The notes below the pieces were generated by a model. That model saw only the letters and a program-made list of their open reading frames with translations. It had not been told where the DNA came from and made no database searches. 64,000 nucleotides of DNA from NCBI GenBank assembly GCA_964187785.1, contig OZ076409.1:75642001-75706000 (forward strand), written 5' to 3'. This DNA comes from Amphiscolops sp. MND2022. Lineage: Eukaryota. Both the position numbers and the translations under genes were made by a program. Each line of letters begins with the position of its first letter. Position 1 is the first letter of the stretch. This document shows, piece by piece, positions 40,701 to 52,900 of this stretch.

Positions 40701-43700
40701 TTTTTTGCGTTTGCCGATTTATCTCTGCCGTTTTTTGCCCAGATTTTTTTTGAGACCCTCTCCTAAAGACCTCCCCTGGCCGGTTTACCTCCCAGCAAAA
40801 CAATTTGGCCCTAAATACGAAGTTTCAGCGTTCTAGCATTCCCGGGCGAAAAGTTGTGGGACTTAGAAAATTTTTTTGGAAACGCAAAATGTGTAAAGTC
40901 AACTTCTGGCCTCCCAAAGTCAAGGAACTTCCACACAACTAGTATTGCAAGTGAATGCATGTGGAGAGTACTTGAATAGACGAGGAAAATGAGCTGTAGA
41001 ACGTCTCTCTAGCTTAACCTGACGTTGACTTATGACCTTTTGAGTGTGAGCTTGCTATGCGAGAAAAAATGCAAAACATGAAAATGGAAGCAAAGTATCG
41101 TCGAAAACCCATCATAAGATGTTCAACTCATCCTAGAGCGGTTTATTTACAGTTGTTTAGTAGAGCAACACCATTCATGATCATGTGACCCATTTTTATG
41201 GGGAATGAGATTGTCTTATTCATCCGATAGCCCAAAGCAGTTGAGTACATTCCATCTCACCTCCGTGTGAGATGAGAATGTACTAGCTAAAGTCCAGGTA
41301 CTACAGCCCATATTGGTTTTATGCGACGCTCTGTATGCAAATGAGCATACTTGAAATTTTTTTAGCTGATATTTTTTTAAACTGCACTTTGACTCTGACC
41401 TGACATACTGAATATTTAGTCCTTATAACATACACATAATTAACGTCAACGCCCCATCCTTGCATCAACGCCCACCGTCCGTGGGCATGCCGAGGCATGC
41501 CCTTCGACGACGCGCACCAAAATATTCCCCGAGCGCGTTAGCCTAGGTGGCCGTGTCTTTTCGACGTGCTTTTGCATTGAGGAGTGGGTAGGGCCCCGCG
41601 ACGACCTAGAAGAATTGGATGCTCACCGAAACGTGCAGAATTCTACGAGATCTCATAGTTTGAGCCATACGATTTTTCTGAAATTTGGCATGTGGCCTGG
41701 AATTGGTGAGTAGGTAAAACGTGTAGAAGGTAATTTTTCCCAAATTCCACTGTGAGAGGAGATATGGGCAAATAACGGACCCAAAAATGGGGAAAATGCA
41801 CTTTTTTCAAGTTTGTCAGCCAATATCTCATTTCGAGGTGCCCGTAGCGTTCCGCACGTGGACATCAATATTGCTCAGCGCTGTTGGAGGAGTGCGTGGA
41901 CAAATTTTGGTTCAAATCGGACTGAAACTTGGCGAGAAATTAACGGTTTTTTGGGCGTTTCCGGGGTAAATTTTTTAACGGTCCAGCTTATCTTTGCCAT
42001 TTTTTCGAAAATGTACATGCCTAAAGGCCTCCCCCTGGCCGAATTTACTCCCAGCAAACCCATTTGGCCCTAAATACGGAGTTTCAGCGTTCCAGCATTC
42101 CGGGGCGGAAAGTTGTGGGACTTTGAAAAATTTCAAAATTTTTCAAAATTTTTTTTTCCGTTTTCCGGGCCCCCCAATGAAGGGGAACGACACCCCAACC
42201 AGTATTTTGAGTAAATTCATGAGGAAAGCCCATGTTTAGAGGAGAAAAATGCCGTTTAGAACATCTTTTTATCCTAAATTGATGTTGACTTATGATCTTT
42301 TGAGTAGCGTATAACACGTGATCACAGTAGTGAAAATCCTAATTTTCAATAATTTTCAAACAATAACGCATGAAAAGAACCTGGAAAAGGTTCCGATGGG
42401 TCAGTTGGGATGTCTGAAGCATGTGTACATTCCCGTAGTGTATAGCGGAGGTATTTGGGACTTATTAGAAATTGTGATAAATTTTATACAAGTCTTTGTT
42501 TCTCTTAGAATCTTATGCCGTTGAGTACATTCCATCTCCCTTTCAGGGGAGATGTGAATGTACGTTTGCCAAATGCCTTGTAACGTTCACAATTTTGATG
42601 GATTCAAATAGTTCAACAAGTGTGATTTGCGTTTGCCGAACCACTGCGACAAAATATCCTAAATCTATAGCGAGATTGAATAGTTTTTGTCTTTAGTGTT
42701 TCTTCTTGTATAGCCGACTTCCACATCCAAATATCAACGCCCACCGTCCGTAGGCATGCCGAGGCATGCCTTTCGACGACGTATGCCAAATACCCAATGC
42801 CACGCTGTCATTATCGCTAGGTGGCCGTGTCTTTTCGACGTGCTTTTGCATTGAGGAGTGGGTAGGGCCCCGCGACGACCTAGAAGAATTGGATGCTCAC
42901 CGAAACGTGCAGAATTCTACGAGATCTCATAGTTTGAGCCATACGATTTTTCTGAAATTTGGCATGTGGCCTGGAATTGGTGAGTAGGTAAAACGTGTAG
43001 AAGGTAATTTTTCCCAAATTCCACTGTGAGAGGAGATATGGGCAAATAACGGACCCAAAAATGGCAAAAATGCACATTTTTCAACTTTGTCAGCCAATAT
43101 CTCTTTTCCAGGTGCCCGTAGCGTTCCGCACGTGGACATCAATATTGCTCAGCGCTGTTGGAGGAGTGCGTGGACAAATTTTGGTTTAAATCAGACTAAA
43201 ACTTGACGAGAAATTAACGGTTTTTTGGGCGTTTCCGGGGTAAATTTTTTAACGGTCCAGCTTATCTTTGCCATTTTTTCGAAAATGTACATGCCTAAAG
43301 GCCTCCCCCTGGCCGAATTTACTCCCAGCAAACCCATTTGGCCCTAAATACGGAGTTTCAGCGTTCCAGCATTCCGGGGCGGAAAGTTGTGGGACTTGGA
43401 AAAATTTCAAAATTTTTTCAAAAATTTTTTTTCCCGTTTTCCGGGCCCCCAATGAAGGGGAACGACCCCCCAACCAGTATTTTGAGTGAATTCATGTGGA
43501 AAGCCCATGTTTGGAGGAGAAAAATGCCGTTTAGCACATCTTTTTATCTTAACTTGACATTGACTTATGACGTTTTGAATGTGATGTTAGGATATATGAA
43601 GCATGTTAAAAGTTGAAGTTTTGAGTCTTTATCTCATCGGAAAACCATTGAGATACAAGCAGTTTTGCTAAAAACGATTTTCATTGTAGGTTAGCAGAGT

Positions 43701-44102
43701 ATTAGTACACTTTGATGTCATTTGAGTATATTTTTCTTCTATATAATAACTGTTTTTATGTATTTATTCCAATTTATCTCATCTTTTAACATCAAGCAGT
43801 TGAGTACATTTCATCTCCCTTTCGGGGGAGATGAGAATGTACTCGCTAAAAACCTAATGCTATGGCGCCAATGTTTGGATGGGAAGTTTTCTATGCTTTG
43901 AAAAAAGTTATTTTTAATTACTTGATTTTTTAAAACAATAATTAACATGAAGTACATTACTTGCTCCTACTACTACCACCATACATCTCTAACGTCAACG
44001 CCCCCTGCTTGCATCAACGCCCCATCGTCCGTGGGCATGCCGAGGCATGCCCTTCGACGACGTATGCCAAATGCCCAGTGCCACGCAGTCTTTTCCCGCT
44101 AG

Positions 44103-46096
44103 GTGCGGGGGGGTAACCCCAACAAATATATTGGAGGATTCGGGTAGGGTCCTGAATCCGATTTCAACTCTAATAGCTATCGATAGGAAATCTTGCAAAA
44201 ATTTCGGGATCTCGTGATCTAACCATAGGATTTTAAAGTTGGAGCGGCCCCCACCAGATTTTCCGAAAATTAGCGCCCCCCACCGGGTTCCATACCCCGG
44301 AAAATTTTTTTCTGGCCACACGGGCGACCGTTAGGGTGTCATTTTAGGGGTAAAATTCATATTGGTCCATATAACTTTTTTCCTGTTGTTTTAAAAGTTT
44401 GGGAACCCTACTAAAGGTTTTTTGACCATGTTGCAAGGGCTCCGGAGGTCCAAACCAAATTTTTCTATCTTGAAGCTATCTCCAAGTACCCCCCCGCTCA
44501 AACCGTTATTTTTCCGGAAACGCAGGTTTTTGACCCGGAAGGAGTCGTCTGAGCGCGGGGTCGTTAGGTGATGTTTTGGGGACGGCCTTGAGACAAAGTG
44601 GGGGACATGTAGTTTGCCAACCTCAGTTTACCCCCCGGACGGGAAATGACCGTTATATGAGCGGCAAAAATGTCCCCCTCCACGTTTTACCGCTATTTCC
44701 GGTGTGAAGGAGTGGGAGTAGCGCGTCGGGTGCCATATATCAAAAGTAGGTTTAGACAAGGATCTATCGGAAACATGTGGTTTGGGACCCCCTGGACCAA
44801 CCCGTTAGCAGGAAATGGGGCTTCCGGCCCGTTTTTTTACGGTTAAAAACGGAAAATGGGCATTGAGGGGTAAATATCTCGTGAACGCGTGGAGCTACGG
44901 TGTCCTTCACTACTACAAGGTTTCATACCCATGATATGGTGCGTTCAGGGGGGCAAACAGATTTCCGCTATCTATCACCGTTACGGACTTGGCCCCCCAG
45001 CCTAACCGTTAAGTGACCGGAAATGTCATATTTTGAGCCCAAAGGGTCGGTCCCAGCCAGGGAACGTTAGGTAACTTATTGTAGTACTCATTGAGACGAG
45101 TTGGGGGACATAGTTTCAGTCACCCCCCGTTACCCCTTAGGACCGGAAATGACCGTTATGTGAGTAAAATTGCCATTTTTGTCCTATTTGAAGGGCATTT
45201 AGATGCGGAAGGAGTGGTAATAGGTGCTTGGACACTATATGAGGTAAGGGAGGACGTGAGGCGAGCATTCAGACATAACCGTTATGTTGACCCTAAAGTC
45301 CCCCTGGTACCGTAAACGACCGGAAATGGTCTAATTTTGTGCTTATAGAGTACAAATGTTTGGTTTTTTATGGAGCAAAGTACAGATTATGTGTTTCCAC
45401 GGTCTGCAGTAGTGAACATATTCATGAAAACTTGTGGGGGGTAACGGTATATAGCACCGGAAGTCAAAACAGTTGGACACAGGATAGGCTTTTTGGTTTT
45501 AAAACGTCTTTAGGCGTAGTTTTGTGGGTTGAATCGTCGTAATATCAACTATAATGGAGTTTGTTTGGAAATAAAATTTTATCACATTAGTTTCAGGGAC
45601 CTCCAACGCTTCAGTCAACAAAACCGTTACCTTTGATAGCCTTTCAAGTTGGCCTGGTGTCAACTTGGAAGGGCTATCTTTCATGAATCGTGAAACAAAA
45701 TTGTTTTCAGGTACCTTTGTATTGCCTTAGTGTCAATTAGAGCTTCATCAAGAGTTTACCAATGACAAAAACTATGTCGTCTTACCGTTATTAGGAAAAT
45801 AGTGTGAGAAATCTGTGACGCACTTTCATTTTTCTCTCTCGTATCTTTGTCTAAATACCCTGGAAACAAATAATCGATCAATTGTTGTTGACTGAAACTC
45901 AATATCCATACTAAAGATTACCACAATACTGCTACGTTTTATAATTAAAGCTGAAACCGCACCTTACCGTTGCATGAAATTCAACCCGACGCCACATACC
46001 AACGTCAACGCCCACCGTCTGTGGGCATGCCGAGGCATGCCCTTCGACGACGTATGACAAATCCATATCAAACGACGCCCGTACATGCCGGGCTAG
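44103..46096 (+). mobile_element. Long non-autonomous unit, 1994 bp (GTGCGGGGGGGTAACCCC head family)
   Basis: Same termini but a different interior, rich in ACCGGAAAT and CCGTTA motifs. Homologous to 60743-62736 and to the partial unit 1-1121. Confidence 0.88.
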
Positions 46097-49000
46097 GTGC
46101 CGGTGTTTTTTTACACAATGGGGGAAGTTGCGCGGTTGGGGAGGGTCCCTGACGCGCTTCCGTGGTATCGGGTCTTTCAACCGATGAAAACGACATAAAA
46201 AATTGGGATCTCGAAAACTAGCCATACGATTTGGCTGAAATTTGGCACACGTACCCCCCTCGGCACGGTGAAGATGATTCCCTACTGACGTTTTTCCCGC
46301 TAAACATTTTTTGTTGACCAAAATAACGGTTTTTGGGGTAAAATTTTCAACTTTTTTTAAATTTCATCTTATATCTCGCCACGGGTACACGCTAGCGCTT
46401 CCAAACCTTGCTGACGAAAGTTTGCAAACTGTCTCAGGAATGCTGTGTGAAAATTTCAGCTCAATCGGACTTGAACTCGAGGAGATATAGCGTTTTTCCG
46501 GAGCGGGGGGGTTTCATTTTTCTAACGGTCCAGCTTATCTTTGCCATTTTTTCGAAAATGCACTCGCCTAAAGGCCCCCCCTGGCCGGTTTTATTCCCAG
46601 CAAAACCATTTGGCCCTAAATACGGAGTTTCAGCGTTCCAGCATTCACGGGCGAAAAGTTGTGGGACTTAGAAAATTTCAAAAATTTTCAAAAAAATTTT
46701 TTTCCGTTATTTGGGCCCCCAAAGTGGGGGAAAAGACCCCCCAACCAGTAAAGCAAGTGAATGCATGTGCAAAGCCCTTGTTTAGAGGAGAAAAATGCCG
46801 TTTAGAACGTCTTTTTATCTTGGCTCAACGTTGACTTATGACGTTTTGAAGGTGATGTTTGGAGGTGTAAAGCACGTGAATAGTAAACGTTATGAGTATT
46901 TATCTGATCTGGAAGCCATTGAGATGCAATATGGTTTGCTCAAAACGTAATTCATGGCAGTTTGGCAATCAATCAACACCCTTTGTTGTCGTTTGACATA
47001 CTTTTTTGTTGTTATAATGAAAAATTTTGTGTATTTATTCATTTTTTCTCATCAAATAACTTGAAACAGTTGAGTACATTCCATCGCCCCCTTCCGGGGG
47101 AGATGAGAATGTACTCGCAAAAAGCACCGAACTACGGCCCTTACCTTCCCGAGCTACGCAGTATAAGGATTACATATTGGTTCCGACATTTTCAAGAGTT
47201 AAATCTTGGTAATCTGTCTGGATATGCAGAAAAATCAGCACGTGCCTTTTAATACCAAGTTGCTCACAACGACATTTATTTTATATCAACGCCCCCATAT
47301 TTATCAACGCCCCCCGTCCGTGGGCATGCCGAGGCATGCCCTTCGACGACGTATACCAAGATATGTTCGAGCGCGTTAGCCTAGGTGCCGGGATTTCTAT
47401 TCGTTCAAGGATGTTGCGCGTGTGGGTAGGGCCCCTGGCGCGCTCTTTTATTTCGGGTACACCTACTCCAAATTCACGATGTGATTTCGACGATCTCGTA
47501 AACTAGCCACACGATTTGGCTGAAATTTGGCACACAGCTCCGTTGGAACATTGTAAGAACAAATCCCTACTGACGTTTTGCCCGCTAAACATTTTTTGTT
47601 GGTCAAAAATGCGATTTTCCGACAAAATTTTTGACTTTTTTTTCTTTTTCAACTCATATCTCGCCACAGGGTTACGCTAGCGCTTTGCAACCTATGATCC
47701 TTTTTTGTAGGGCATTGCATGTAGAACACGTATGCCAAATTTGGTGGCGATCGGACTTAAACTCAGGGAGATATAACGATTTTTTAGGTGCATTTTTTGA
47801 CATTTTTTGCTTTTGCTGATTTATCTTTGCCGTTTTTTGCCCAGATTTTTTTTGAGACACTCTCCTAAAGACCTCCCCTGGCCGGTTTACCTCCCAGCAA
47901 AACCATTTGGCCCTAAATACGAAGTTTCAGCGTTCTAGCATTCCCGGGCGAAAAGTTGTGGGACTTAGAATAATTTTTTGGAAACGCAAAATGTGTAAAG
48001 TCAACTTCAGGCCTCCCAAAGTCAGGGAACTTCCACACAACTAGGATTGCAAGTGGATGCATGTGGAAAGTACTGGGATAGACGAGAAAAATGAGCTATA
48101 GAACGACTCTGTAGCTTAACTTGACGTTGACTTATGACAATTTTAGTGTGAGCTTGCTAAGGGGTCCGAAAGTCAAAAATTGAAAATTGAGTTATTCCAA
48201 AGCAAATACTCCTTTATATAGGCTAATTAGGTATCAGTAACGTGAAACACGGTTGTACGGAGCGATTATTATCATAGGCGATACGGTTCGTTCAAAAAAA
48301 TGTCCAAAAATTTTTTCTCTTTTTTCGTAGGTTTTTTGTCTAGGATTTTTTTCTTTGGTTTTTTCCTTAGGTTATAGGTGTAGGTTATAGATTAGGCTTT
48401 TTCTAAGGTCCTGTTTTGCTTTCCCTGTTCACTGCATAGTTTGTTTTTAGTGGCAGAAGAAGACGACGACGACCAAGCATACGAGTTTTTCTTTTTTTTT
48501 CCTTGGGTTTTCTTCGGGTTAATGGCTATCCCGAAACCAGGTGCTCCTGCTCGAGGGCTTCTCGGGCGCTGGTTTCGTGTATGGGGCTTTCCCCCCCAGT
48601 AGGTAACCTCTGCCCAAATTTTCAAACGTCCCTCGTAATTCGCATTTTGCCGGTGTCTTTTTTTTACGGGCGTTTCGTCGAAAAAGATAGAATTTTTCTC
48701 GGAACCGGCAAAATCGGAAAATCAATCACAAAATAAACGACGTCGAGAAATCAATCAGACTTAACGGCGTCCAGTTGCTACAAAGAAGAAGTACAGATTA
48801 ACCATGCTTCAGTTTCAGGTGCCAATCAATCAAGCTCAAGATGTCTTTTTTTGTAACTTATTAAATAGTCCATAAAATTATGGAAATTAGGAAAATTTTC
48901 AAAGGTTGGTTTTTTTTTGAAATTTAATGCAACTTATTAACATATGTGCCAAAGCTTTTGAAAGCATTAGGAGAAATCAATATAAAGTAAACCAATATGC

Positions 49001-49966
49001 AGTTTAACTGTTCTAACTTCCTTCAGTTTTAGTTCACAGATGAAGATTCGCCGTAGCGATACGTAACGTTTTTTATCTAAATCGAATTTGCGGAGACTCA
49101 ATCTGCCTATCGTTCGCACGGTCGTTATTGAGCATAAATTACGCTCATTGAAAAAGTGCGTGATCAGCGTCGTTCAATTTTTACGTGTAATTATCATAGG
49201 TGCCCATATGTTAAATTGTAAGAATAGAGGTAATAGGTTTTCAAAATCCGGCTCATCAGAAGTTAGCTTGCGGCGTTATGCTGAAGGCCCTTCTGATGAT
49301 GCTATGTCCCCCCTTTTTTAGTGGGTAACCTATGCCCAAATTTTTTTCCAGCAATTTTTCCCAGCATTTTTGTTTTTTGTGAGTCTTAACCAAAATAATT
49401 TCTGATACATATTTTTGATTAAATATTACTTCTTAAAGTAGCTTTTCATTGAATGGTTTTAATACAATCAGAATTGTTTTTCCTTGTAAAGTTTTTTTGT
49501 AATATGAGTTTGTAACTGATGTACATGAGAATGAATTCCACCAATAAAAGACTCGAAACCTCTTGTACTGTATGTTTGATGTATGTTTATTTTATACTGA
49601 GAGTCAAGTAGGACATTACGTCTCTCGATCAAATCATAGATTTTCTTCGCTCTTTTATTTCGTTAATTGCTATTTTCCAAGTGGAACCGCTTCACACATT
49701 TGATTTTGCAAAGAAACATTGAACAAAGGTATTGTTTTAGCATATTTAGAATCAAAATTGAATTTTTCACGTTTGAAAGATTGTAAGATTTACAAGTTCT
49801 CTGATTTTATCCATCGTCTAAAACTTGATTGACTCGATTTTGGTAATTGTTCCAGTGGCGCTTCAACTATTAATTCGATTTCATTAGCCAATTCGGTTGA
49901 TCCGTATCAAATTTTAGTCCCAATGAGATACTGAAATGTTCAATTTCGTTTCATATTTTCAGGGAT

Positions 49967-52900
49967 ATGCCTCCAAGGAGAAATCGGAGTGTTAGAAACA
50001 AGTGCTCCCGGTGCCGTGTGTTTATCCCTCAGTCTTCGACTTTGTGTGCCAGTTGTGCATCTTCCTCCGCCGAGGTAACTCATGACAACGAAGACAGCAG
50101 CAGTGTTTCTATACCCAACGAAGACAACCCTCGGAACATAGTTTACCCTCCTCGTTGTACATTATGTGGATTACATGAACAGTCACAAGGCCAACTTTGT
50201 TGTTTTTGCTGTCCTGTTACTTTACCCGTTTGTACAGATGCAGAATGTCAAAAGTGCCGAAGAATTACCTGTTCATCACTGAATTCAATTTCTATGGCAG
50301 ATGTAAAGCAGACCGCGTTTGGTTGCCGATTACCGGGAGAAGCATCTGATTTTGCAAGACTGTGCAACGAGTGTACTCATTACGCAACACATGGCTTCCG
50401 ATCGCCATGGAGGAATATTTGGCCATGCGTCGTTTTAGATTTCCTCAGTGGTAAATATAATGGAATTGCTGATGGAAAACCATTCCATAAAGTGTTGCCT
50501 ACTTCTATTTTGGAACAATATCAACATCTGTTGCAGTTTAACACTGATGAAAAAGAGACTGTTTTTGCTGACCTGACACACAAACTGCTGGAATTCAAAA
50601 GTTTAAAACAAAACCTCAACATTGATGGAGTGCAGAAAGCCCATAACAAGTACAGTTTTCCAGAAGTTCGCTGTCCTTTTGGTTGTACTGAGTTCGTTGG
50701 CGACACGGGATTAATACCCTTGCAATACTTTCTTCTGACGTTAGACAAAAACTTTGCTTTTAACGGAATGAAGTGGAAAAGGCGATTACGTTGTGTTCGA
50801 CCAGATTGGTTGACCCCATACAATCACAATGATGCCTTCAACGTAAGACCACACATTGTTGTCGACGAGAAACAAGGACTGTGTCTTGCAACCTGTAAAT
50901 TCCACAACGGGGGATCGCACCAGTTTTTCGTCCATCCACCTACAAATCCCACTGGCAGATTACCCTCGAAAAATGCAGATCGTCTTGGTCCAGCTACAGT
51001 TAGTTATAACTGCTACAAACCAAGCAAGCCCAATTTTTCCACTCACACCTTTTCAATGGGTGTGGCTAAGGGTAATTTCTCCGGAATTAGTTCGACCACA
51101 ATTGCCTGTAAGCGAAGGTGGGATATCGCATTTGGTGAAGATGACGTCGTAAGAGAGTCTCTTTGTTCAAACAAACGACAGGATATAAAACCGCTGTTAC
51201 AAAAACTTGTGCACAAAGGAGAGTTATCACAGAATCTCTTTGATAGCATTACATCAATTGAAGGTTTGCCTGACGATCAAACAATTCTGGAATGTTTGAA
51301 GACTGCTACATCCGTCCCTTTGGAGTTAGCTCTTGCATTAAAGAAAATTCAAGAAGAAGGATTAAATGTAAACTATTTTCCGGTATTCTCCCATCCTTTC
51401 ACAAAATACGGATGTGATCCACCTGACACAGTTGTAAACCAGTCAATGCCGAAATATTTATGGATTTATGCTGTAATGTTTGCTTTGAGTTGCAACTTCC
51501 ATTTGTCTCTTTTGAAATTCATTTCAACAGATAGTGCCTTCAAAAATGTGTTCCATTTTATGCTGATTAATGATGGTAGACTGGCTGATAAAAAGAAACG
51601 AGAACTTGCAGAGTTCCTTCAACGTTATTCACAAGATCCTAGTTATGACATGGTTGACAGTTTGGAACAATTGCTAACAAACATATCTTTCGTCAAACAC
51701 TTCAATGTAACTGACAGAGAAAGTGTTGAATCAATTTTGAAATCTCTGACCGATGACAAAATTGTAACTTTCATTACCAATGCAAGGAGAAGAGACGATG
51801 GTTACTTGCCGGATAGAGTGGTAACTACGAATGGGTCAACATCATACGAACTACGATCAATTGCTGTCACTGAGGGCGGCAACGTAAAAACACTCGTTAG
51901 ACATGGTAATGAATATAATTGTTGGTGGATATACTCTACAGCTCATGAGACTCCATCAAAAATGGGTCTTGAAGATCTGGTGGAGATGAACAAATTTCAT
52001 TCTAGTTGGTTGTCCTGCCATTACGAGATCATTGGTTCAGTTGACATGCAGAGAGAAAAATACCAGTACTTGGAATATTTAGGAGGCCAAGGACGATTCA
52101 TTTGTGACGATCATCATGTCCCTCTTACAGTAGCCAGAAAAAATACTCCGACTCTTTGTTCGTTCAGTACCAGCTGTCAGCGAAAACCCGCTTGGAATTG
52201 CCCGTCGGAGAACTGCTTGTCGTCAGTCTGCCGTACTCATTTCGCACAACACCAGCTTAGCAATGAACGTTTCTTTGTCAAATGCCCCACTTCAAATTGT
52301 GACGTTGTTCCTCCACATTCTGCTGAATGTTGTGATGATGATGTAGTTGTTTCTGAACCCGAATCAGACTACGATGAATTTTCTTTTACAAATTTCACAA
52401 CCGACACTGGTCATGTTGAAAATATGACAAATTGTTGTGCTACTGATTCTGGAGACATGCCGTCAGTCGTTGACAGTGTTGACACATCAATTCCTGCCCA
52501 TATTTTGCTAAACACTGATTGTCATGTACTAGAAAGGAAGAACTACAGAATTGACCGTTCCAAAACAAGTTCTCGATTTTTACAAAACATTGTCGCAAGA
52601 TCATCTGGTAACTCCATCCCTCTCATTTACCCTGACGCAGCACTCTTCCCTACACATTATTATCATGAACAGACGGACAATACTATTACTGGCGCTGTTC
52701 CGGCTCCTCTCTTTTGTGATAAACAGAGCAAACACTTTCTCTTTGCAAGCATTGAGGATCATAAGCGATCAGCTGTTCTGAACCCAAATCTTTTGCAATC
52801 AACCGACGTTAGAAGTATTCAGACATCTTTCGACACCGTGCTGAATAAACGTCTCACTTTTTCCGATACACGTTTGGTTCTCAATCGAGGATTCCAAGAA

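Larger units (their letters stand above)
1..47384 (+). mobile_element. Tandem head-to-tail array of non-autonomous Helitron-like units (left part; first unit partial)
   Basis: Unit ends (last base of CTRG) at 1121, 2395, 3791, 5095, 8165, 9468, 10758, 12020, 13329, 14617, 15902, 17184, 18452, 19720, 21032, 22323, 23593, 24875, 26163, 27431, 28700, 30015, 31300, 32581, 33850, 35138, 36454, 37732, 39018, 40281, 41546, 42820, 44102, 46096, 47384. Each is preceded by the conserved GGCATGCC hairpin and followed directly by GTG. Confidence 0.92.

Noticed and set aside
183..47860. Numerous 60-136 aa ORFs in the repeat units (e.g. MPFFRKCTRLKASP..., MGMPRHALRRR...)
   Set aside because: They recur only because the DNA is repeated. 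Many start at TTG/GTG, overlap in several frames and frameshift at homopolymer runs between copies, with no recognisable domains.
48367..48397. Telomeric TTAGG array
   Set aside because: Only a few degenerate copies, internal to the element.
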